NCBI GenBank assembly: GCA_048939995.1
Contig: JBHLOY010000023.1
Coordinates: 1-23,414, forward strand
DNA: 23,414 nt
From: Promethearchaeota archaeon
GTDB taxonomy: Archaea > Asgardarchaeota > Lokiarchaeia > Sigyniarchaeales > SOKP01
Reading direction: 5' to 3'
The notes under the pieces are model-generated. The model was not told the origin of the DNA. It searched no databases and saw only the letters and a program-made list of their open reading frames with translations. Shown here piece after piece: positions 17,722 to 23,414 of this stretch. The first letter of the stretch is position 1, and each line of letters opens with the position of its first letter. The position numbers were made by a program, and so were the translations under genes.

Positions 17722-18213
17722 TTAAATTTTAGATTTATTTATTCCTTTTCTTACATTAACAGCAATACCTCTTTTAAAACTTTTCACATAAGGGACGGGA
17801 AACATTAATTTCCCGATTGCTAATAAATCATCATCCTGATTAACAACAATAACCTCATCTAAAGCTCTTAGATCTGGATCAATGTCAATAACATGTTTAC
17901 AAAAAACATTTCTCCCTTCTTTAACAAATTCTGATATTTCATTTAGTACTATTACTCGTAATTTTGGTTTTGGAGTATTAGAAATAATCTTATGAGCTGC
18001 AAATAAAGTTAAAGTGTATAATCCATTTGTGGGACGAAAATTTAACATTAAATTCTTATCATAATAAATATGTCTAATCGTACCCGTATTTCTGGAAAAA
18101 ATGATATTTACTTTATTATTATTTTCGAATAATATATCAGTTATATTTGTGCCAAATTGGTAATCACAAATTGCTTTAACTTTTCTTAGTGTCAACAGAA
18201 AATCTTGTTCCAT
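17722..18213 (-). CDS. PUA-domain protein (stand-alone C-terminal module resembling archaeosine tRNA-guanine transglycosylase C2+PUA)
   Basis: AICDYQFG, SRNTGTIRHIY, FVKEGRNVFCKHV..IDPDLR..DEVIVV...D.LLAIG, G.AVNVRKG. Confidence 0.85.
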   Translation of the reverse strand: MEQDFLLTLRKVKAICDYQFGTNITDILFENNNKVNIIFSRNTGTIRHIYYDKNLMLNFRPTNGLYTLTLFAAHKIISNTPKPKLRVIVLNEISEFVKEGRNVFCKHVIDIDPDLRALDEVIVVNQDDDLLAIGKLMFPVPYVKSFKRGIAVNVRKGINKSKI

Positions 18214-18305
18214 AATATTTTACTAGAATGATTTAATTTAAAACTAATTTGATGAAGAATTTCTAAACATAGTTTTAAAATTAATTTTAGAATTAGAATT
18301 TTAGG

Positions 18306-19514
18306 TTAAGAATAAAGTCTTGACTCAATTGCTTTTTCTTTAACTTTATGCATTACTTTTTCAATTGCTTTTACAAAATCATCTTGAATGATAATTTCTG
18401 CATTTTTTCTAATTGCAAACATTCCTGCTTCGGTACAAATCGCTTTTATATCTGCTCCCGTAGCACCCTCTGTTAATTCTACAAGTTTCTTTGCATTAAT
18501 GGCCCCTTCAATATTTAAAGTTCTCATATGAATTTGAAAAATAGCTCTCCTTGCTTCCTCGTCAGGCATGGGAAATTCAATCATTCTATCAAACCTCCCC
18601 GGTCTTAATAGTGCTGGATCTAATATATCCACTCTATTTGTGGCTCCAATTATTTTGACATCTCCTCTTTGTTCAAAGCCATCTAATTCGCTTAATAGTT
18701 GCATTAATGTTCTTTGGACTTCTCTATCACCAGATGTCGCTATTTTAAGTCTCTGTGATCCTATTGCATCTAATTCATCAATGAATAATATCGTAGGGGA
18801 TTTGTCTTTTGCTAAATTAAATATTTCTCTAACTAATCTAGCACCTTCTCCAATGAATTTCTGAACTAGCTCAGATCCAATTATTCTAATAAAAGTAGCT
18901 TCCGTTTCATGAGCAACTGCTTTAGCAACTAAGGTTTTCCCGGTTCCAGGGGGACCATATAATAAAACACCTTTAGGTGGTTCTATCCCTACTTTTTTAA
19001 ATAAATCAGGCTTTAATAGTGGTAATTCAACTGTTTCTCTTACTTCTTCTAGTTGTTGGTTTAATCCTCCTACATCTTGATATGAGACATCAGGGATTGA
19101 ATCAATAACTTCCATCCCCTTAACAAAGGGATCTAATTTTGTTGGTAAAACCTCCATAATAGCAAATGTTCTTTGATTTAGGGCGACTCTCATTCCAGAA
19201 ACTAATTTCTCATTTTTTACCTTCCTACTCATATTGACAACAAAACTAGGTCCTGTAGAACTTTTTACTATTGCTCGTCCTTTTTCATCTAAAATATCAA
19301 TAATCGTTGCTGAAACTAAAGGAGGTTCTCTTAATCTGTCAATTTCATTTCTCAAACTATGTAATTCTTGTTCTAATCGTATTCTTTCAGCATCTAATAA
19401 TTGTTTTTCAGTCTCTAAATTTCGAAGCCTTTTTTCTAAATGCCTAGTATAGGTAATTAGATATTCTCCATCCTTAGTTTCTTCTTTCTTTCGTTTTTCC
19501 TTGGTTGTGGTCAA
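18306..19514 (-). CDS. pan: Proteasome-activating nucleotidase (AAA+ ATPase), TTG start
   Basis: N-terminal coiled coil ending in PPL; OB domain (VKSSTGP); Walker A GPPGTGKT; pore loop KFIGEG; Walker B LFIDE; [11 protein letters not shown]; C-terminal HbYX motif LYS. Confidence 0.97.
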   Translation of the reverse strand: MTTTKEKRKKEETKDGEYLITYTRHLEKRLRNLETEKQLLDAERIRLEQELHSLRNEIDRLREPPLVSATIIDILDEKGRAIVKSSTGPSFVVNMSRKVKNEKLVSGMRVALNQRTFAIMEVLPTKLDPFVKGMEVIDSIPDVSYQDVGGLNQQLEEVRETVELPLLKPDLFKKVGIEPPKGVLLYGPPGTGKTLVAKAVAHETEATFIRIIGSELVQKFIGEGARLVREIFNLAKDKSPTILFIDELDAIGSQRLKIATSGDREVQRTLMQLLSELDGFEQRGDVKIIGATNRVDILDPALLRPGRFDRMIEFPMPDEEARRAIFQIHMRTLNIEGAINAKKLVELTEGATGADIKAICTEAGMFAIRKNAEIIIQDDFVKAIEKVMHKVKEKAIESRLYS

Positions 19515-19747
19515 AAAGCAAAATACCCCTTAATAACTATTTTAAATTTAAAGATTATTGCTTAATTTTATAATAACTATTTGTTCATTTAAATTTAAGG
19601 TAATACTGATATATCATAAAAGAGTTGATTTCTAAAAAATTTATAGGTTATATTTTATAATGAATTAAACCTTAAAACCAAAAATTATAAGAATTCCCAA
19701 ACCACTTTTATTCTTATAAACACCTCCTTAATTATTTATAAGAAAAT

Positions 19748-20275
19748 ATGGCTAAAAAAAGAATTAATGATTTAAAAAGAGAATGCCCTATTTGTGGTAG
19801 TATAATATGGGGTAAAGGAATTAATGTTTTGATTGAAGGGGCTAATATTGTTGTGTGTAATGTCTGTGCTGAGCATGGGAAAAAAGTTCACAGCCCTGAA
19901 AGAAGAATGTCAAGAATAATAAAAAATCCCCCACCAAAGAAAAATTTCAAAAAGGCTGAATTCGAGGCTAATTTTGAAATTGTAGATGATTTTGATCATA
20001 GAATAAGGAGAGTAAGGCAGTCTTTGAAGCTCAATCAAGATCAATTTGCACAGAAACTCAATGAAAAACCTTCTTTAATAAGAAGAATTGAAACGCATAA
20101 AGTTGAACCAACATTAAATCTTGCAAAAAAAATTGAGAATATCTATAATATAAAATTACTAAAAAAAATTGATGAAGTTGAAGCAAGCGTGCAGACTGAT
20201 AAATTCTTAAAAAAGTCATCTAGCACTTCTTTAGGGGATATAGCTTTCATAAAAAAACGAGACAAAAAGAAATAA
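19748..20275 (+). CDS. mbf1: Archaeal multiprotein bridging factor 1 (zinc ribbon + HTH)
   Basis: CPICG...IEGA.I.VCNVC..HG zinc ribbon; EIVDDF..RIRR.R..L.L.QDQFAQKLNEK.S.IRRIE HTH; SLGD C-terminal motif. Confidence 0.9.
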   Translation: MAKKRINDLKRECPICGSIIWGKGINVLIEGANIVVCNVCAEHGKKVHSPERRMSRIIKNPPPKKNFKKAEFEANFEIVDDFDHRIRRVRQSLKLNQDQFAQKLNEKPSLIRRIETHKVEPTLNLAKKIENIYNIKLLKKIDEVEASVQTDKFLKKSSSTSLGDIAFIKKRDKKK

Positions 20276-20283
20276 TTCCCCTT

Positions 20284-22320
20284 TTAAAATCCTTTTTTGT
20301 CAATAATTAAAACTTTTGCGGAATTATAAGCCCCAGAAAGACCCAATTCTTCTGGTTGGTTAGAGGTAAATCTATTAACATTATGGTCTAAATTTAACAG
20401 TGAACCTGAATATATCATAGCTATACCATGATTTAATGAATTATCTTCTGCTATTATATATTCAAATGATCCATACTTATTCGAAACTACAATCTGTTCC
20501 CCTATAGAATAACCCAACCTTTTAATGTCATCTAAGCATAAAAAAACCTTTTGAAAATCCTCTAAATATTCTGGATGAATTTGAGCAAATTGAGAATGGA
20601 TAAAAGATTTATGAGAAGGAGTAAGCAGAAAAAACTCATTATTATTAAGTTTGAAATGTCCTTCTGCTCTGAAATTAAATTTTACTCCTTGAAGATGGAT
20701 TTTACCGTTAGAAGTAAGGAATTTAAGATTCTTAAAAGGGACATTATCATTATCAAATAACGAGTAATATCCTTCCTTTTCAATACTTTCTTGTATTTCT
20801 AAAGGCAAAAATTTTATACACTTCTTATAGAGCGATTTTTGCCCTTCATTGAATATTGGGTCATCATGAAAACCAATCTTTTCAGCAAGGTGGCGGAAGA
20901 AATCATAGTTGGAAAAGCACTCTGGGTAAGGACAAGGTCCTCCTTGATTAATCGATATCCCTGGAATATAATATGGTGCAATGAGATCATAAGTCTCCAG
21001 ATCGAATTTTGAAGGTATAACAATATTAGCAAATTTGGTTGTTTCATTTAAAAAATTCTCAAGGACAATTATAAATAGATCATCTCTCATTAAGGATTCA
21101 ATAATTTGATTATGATTAGGAAGTGAACTTGCAGGATTAAAGTTGTATATAAAAACCATCTTATATTTTCCAGACGCTAGATTTTCTCCTAGTCTGATTA
21201 AATCAGTCTCATATACGTCTGAATTCGGAGTAATTTTAGTGATATAATTTATTATATTTGATAATAAGTGTCTATTGAAATCACTCTGTGAATAAATCAG
21301 ACCCGTACCAGACTTTCCGAAATTACCAAGTAATATTTGTATCAAGGCAATTGTTTGAACAATTTTACCACCAAAAAAATCTTTTTGAACACCGTAACCT
21401 ATATTAAAAAGGGTATGATGTTTGAATTCTATTAATAAATCAACTAACTGTTTTAATTTCTTAATATTTCCTCCTAAAAAAGAAAACTGTTTTTCGGAAT
21501 CTAATTTAGATAATTCCATTATAGTTTCTTCATAATTGTCTACATAACTTTTTAAAAAATCTTGATCTACACATTTATTCATTATTAAATTTTTCATAAT
21601 TGCTTGAGCTAATATATGATCTGTACCTGGTTTAGTATATATAAAAATGTCGGCTTCATGTCCAATCTTTGTCTTCCGAGAGTCTATGACAATCAGTCTT
21701 ACTCCTATCTTTTGCGCTTTTTTTATTAAGTGATAAGCATGCACGTTTCTATTCGAAACATCACTTCCCCAAACTACAATAAGCTTAGTGGATGGATTAA
21801 TAATTTGAAATGGATTTGTTGTGGAATAGGTGCCAAATAATTGTGTAAGTCCGGCACATCCTCCTTCATTACAAATTCCTCCAGTAGTAATTGAGGATCC
21901 TAATTTCCCGAAGAATCTTAGTGGTCCATATCTAGATATTAACCCATAATTTCCAGCATTAAAAGCTGCTAATACAGCTCTTGGACCAAAATTCTGCTTA
22001 ATTTGAATTAATTTTCTAGCAACGATTTCTAACGTTAGTTTAAAATCAATAGGTTTAAAATGATTACTCCCTTTATTACCTTCGCGAATTAAGGGCTTTT
22101 TAATTCGTTGAGGGTGATAAATTAAATCTTCTCTATGATTATATTTATTACAAAAAAAGCCATTTGTAAAAGGATGTTGCTTAAGAGGTTTAGCTGATAT
22201 AAATTTAATTTCTGGAGCATTATCATCCCATTCACCTATAAAAACGCAAGAACCATAACAATCTTTTGAACAAGTTCCGAATCTCCTTTTTTTTGACAAA
22301 GTTTTACTTAACCCAATCAA
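20284..22320 (-). CDS. Molybdopterin-dependent oxidoreductase, DMSO-reductase family catalytic subunit (cytoplasmic; start uncertain)
   Basis: CSKDCYGSC...HPFTNGFFC [4Fe-4S] motif, RIKKPLIR, ICNEGG, IVVWGSD, VIDSRKT, PGTD, NPASS.P, ETT.FANIVIP; no Tat signal seen. Confidence 0.9.
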   Translation of the reverse strand: MIGLSKTLSKKRRFGTCSKDCYGSCVFIGEWDDNAPEIKFISAKPLKQHPFTNGFFCNKYNHREDLIYHPQRIKKPLIREGNKGSNHFKPIDFKLTLEIVARKLIQIKQNFGPRAVLAAFNAGNYGLISRYGPLRFFGKLGSSITTGGICNEGGCAGLTQLFGTYSTTNPFQIINPSTKLIVVWGSDVSNRNVHAYHLIKKAQKIGVRLIVIDSRKTKIGHEADIFIYTKPGTDHILAQAIMKNLIMNKCVDQDFLKSYVDNYEETIMELSKLDSEKQFSFLGGNIKKLKQLVDLLIEFKHHTLFNIGYGVQKDFFGGKIVQTIALIQILLGNFGKSGTGLIYSQSDFNRHLLSNIINYITKITPNSDVYETDLIRLGENLASGKYKMVFIYNFNPASSLPNHNQIIESLMRDDLFIIVLENFLNETTKFANIVIPSKFDLETYDLIAPYYIPGISINQGGPCPYPECFSNYDFFRHLAEKIGFHDDPIFNEGQKSLYKKCIKFLPLEIQESIEKEGYYSLFDNDNVPFKNLKFLTSNGKIHLQGVKFNFRAEGHFKLNNNEFFLLTPSHKSFIHSQFAQIHPEYLEDFQKVFLCLDDIKRLGYSIGEQIVVSNKYGSFEYIIAEDNSLNHGIAMIYSGSLLNLDHNVNRFTSNQPEELGLSGAYNSAKVLIIDKKGF

Positions 22321-22368
22321 TTATTTCGGTTTATTAAAAAAAAATATTAATCTTTAAGAAATCAATTT

Positions 22369-22962
22369 TTATGTTTTCTTATCTGCTGATGCAAATTGAG
22401 CTTTTTCGATAAGAACTATCTTTTCTTTCAAGAATTGAATTAATTTTTCATTATCTTGAGCATCTAAAGGTCCACCACATTCGGGACATTTAAAATTAAG
22501 CTCAAAAGCTTCTTCAAAATTATATTTAGTACGAGAAATTTGACAATTATTGCATATGAAAAAGTAATTATTTTCTTCAAATTGTAGTCTTTCTCTCAGT
22601 TTTTGCTCTAAAACTTTTTTTTTTTCCATCAAAATCTCTTCAAGTAGATCAAACTCATGCCACCAATAGTATATAAACCAACCCGTTGACTTGTCTCTAA
22701 TTCTTCTGAATTGAGCTAACTTTTCGCTATATAATTTGTATAAGGTCTTACGTACTGTATTTAACTTTAAAATTTCACTGTCGTCAGGTTCGAAATCGAT
22801 CTCTCTTCCTTCTTTTTCTATTCTTTCTTTAATATTTTCTGTAATATCTTCATCTGTGATGTCTTTATTTTCAGAATTTATTAACTCAATTCCAACTTCA
22901 ATAGCGATCTCACCACCGATGATATATAAAAAAGACCTTAATAAAGAGCTTAATTCTTTCAA
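22369..22962 (-). CDS. tfe: Transcription factor E (TFIIE-alpha homologue), TTG start
   Basis: ITDEDI, KLNTVRKTLYKLY, RRIRDKSTGWFIYYW, zinc ribbon C..C / FEEAFELNFKCPECGGPL...DN. Confidence 0.93.
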   Translation of the reverse strand: MKELSSLLRSFLYIIGGEIAIEVGIELINSENKDITDEDITENIKERIEKEGREIDFEPDDSEILKLNTVRKTLYKLYSEKLAQFRRIRDKSTGWFIYYWWHEFDLLEEILMEKKKVLEQKLRERLQFEENNYFFICNNCQISRTKYNFEEAFELNFKCPECGGPLDAQDNEKLIQFLKEKIVLIEKAQFASADKKT

Positions 22963-23048
22963 AATTTTTCCTTTTCAATCTCTTGTTAATAGCAATAAAT
23001 TTTAAGTAAAAATTAAATTTTTTTAAAAATGAATATATTTAAATTATT

Positions 23049-23414
23049 TCAAACAACAATATTATATTGCTTTTCTATTAAATCGCCATCTATTTCTATA
23101 GAACGCATAAGAATTCCCTTTCTAATTGCTATTATTCTTAAAATCCTTGAATCTTTGACATCTTTTGGTAAGATAATATCATTAATTTTATAATTATTCA
23201 AAATTAAAATTACTTTCCATTTATCGGGAATTTCAGATATAAAATCTGAAAGAGCAGAATCTAAAATATAATTTACATTTTTGTTTGTATTATTTAAATA
23301 CCCTGTACAAAATTGAATTCTTTGATTAACATCATCTTCCTCTATTTTCTTTTTGGAAGGTTGAGGAATATTTTTCTTGGTGGTAATTTTACAATTAGGG
23401 TTGATATTAAAAGA
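23049..23414 (-). CDS. Partial hypothetical protein (C-terminal 121 aa; start lies beyond the window)
   Basis: Open frame from the window edge to TGA at 23051-23049: ...SFNINPNCKITT...RILRIIAIRKGILMRSIEIDGDLIEKQYNIVV*; co-directional with tfe. Confidence 0.75.
   Translation of the reverse strand, partial: SFNINPNCKITTKKNIPQPSKKKIEEDDVNQRIQFCTGYLNNTNKNVNYILDSALSDFISEIPDKWKVILILNNYKINDIILPKDVKDSRILRIIAIRKGILMRSIEIDGDLIEKQYNIVV

Noticed and set aside
20284-22320. Selenoprotein (formate dehydrogenase-like) with UGA recoding or a SECIS element
   Set aside because: The ORF is uninterrupted, the probable Mo-ligand region has Cys (ICNEGG), and no SECIS-like hairpin was recognised
2774-23005. Short ORF-track entries 2774-2998, 5144-5353, 6714-7004, 9796-9999, 10104-10382, 12356-12583, 15419-15643, 18568-18864, 19234-19452, 20575-20760, 20814-21047, 22736-23005
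   Set aside because: Antisense or out-of-frame shadows of well-supported genes, with no recognisable motifs

Overview
AT-rich archaeal window, very likely from a Lokiarchaeia (Asgard) genome. That call rests on archaeal informational genes (pan, aMBF1, tfe, nac, mfnA) together with Rab-like small GTPases, longin-like proteins, an SCP2 protein and a supersized 23S rRNA expansion segment. The window opens with the 3' ~800 nt of a 23S rRNA gene, which carries a ~176-nt branched insertion at helix 98 (ES39 position) and has no linked 5S gene. Next come an unannotated 42-aa zinc-ribbon ORF and a patch of eukaryote-signature-like genes: a longin-like multidomain protein, an AN1-ZnF/HEAT protein, a longin-like gene next to a small GTPase, and a 541-aa Rab-like GTPase with three 28-aa Pro-rich repeats, a polybasic tract and a C-terminal zinc ribbon, convergent with a double-zinc-ribbon protein. 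Also present are tRNA-Cys(GCA), ilvE, panB, mfnA, a MazG-like gene, class III RNR nrdD with an upstream inverted repeat, and the archaeal tfe/mbf1/pan/PUA/nac neighbourhood interrupted by a molybdopterin oxidoreductase. No CRISPR array or mobile element was seen. All family calls come from motif recognition by eye, not database searches.
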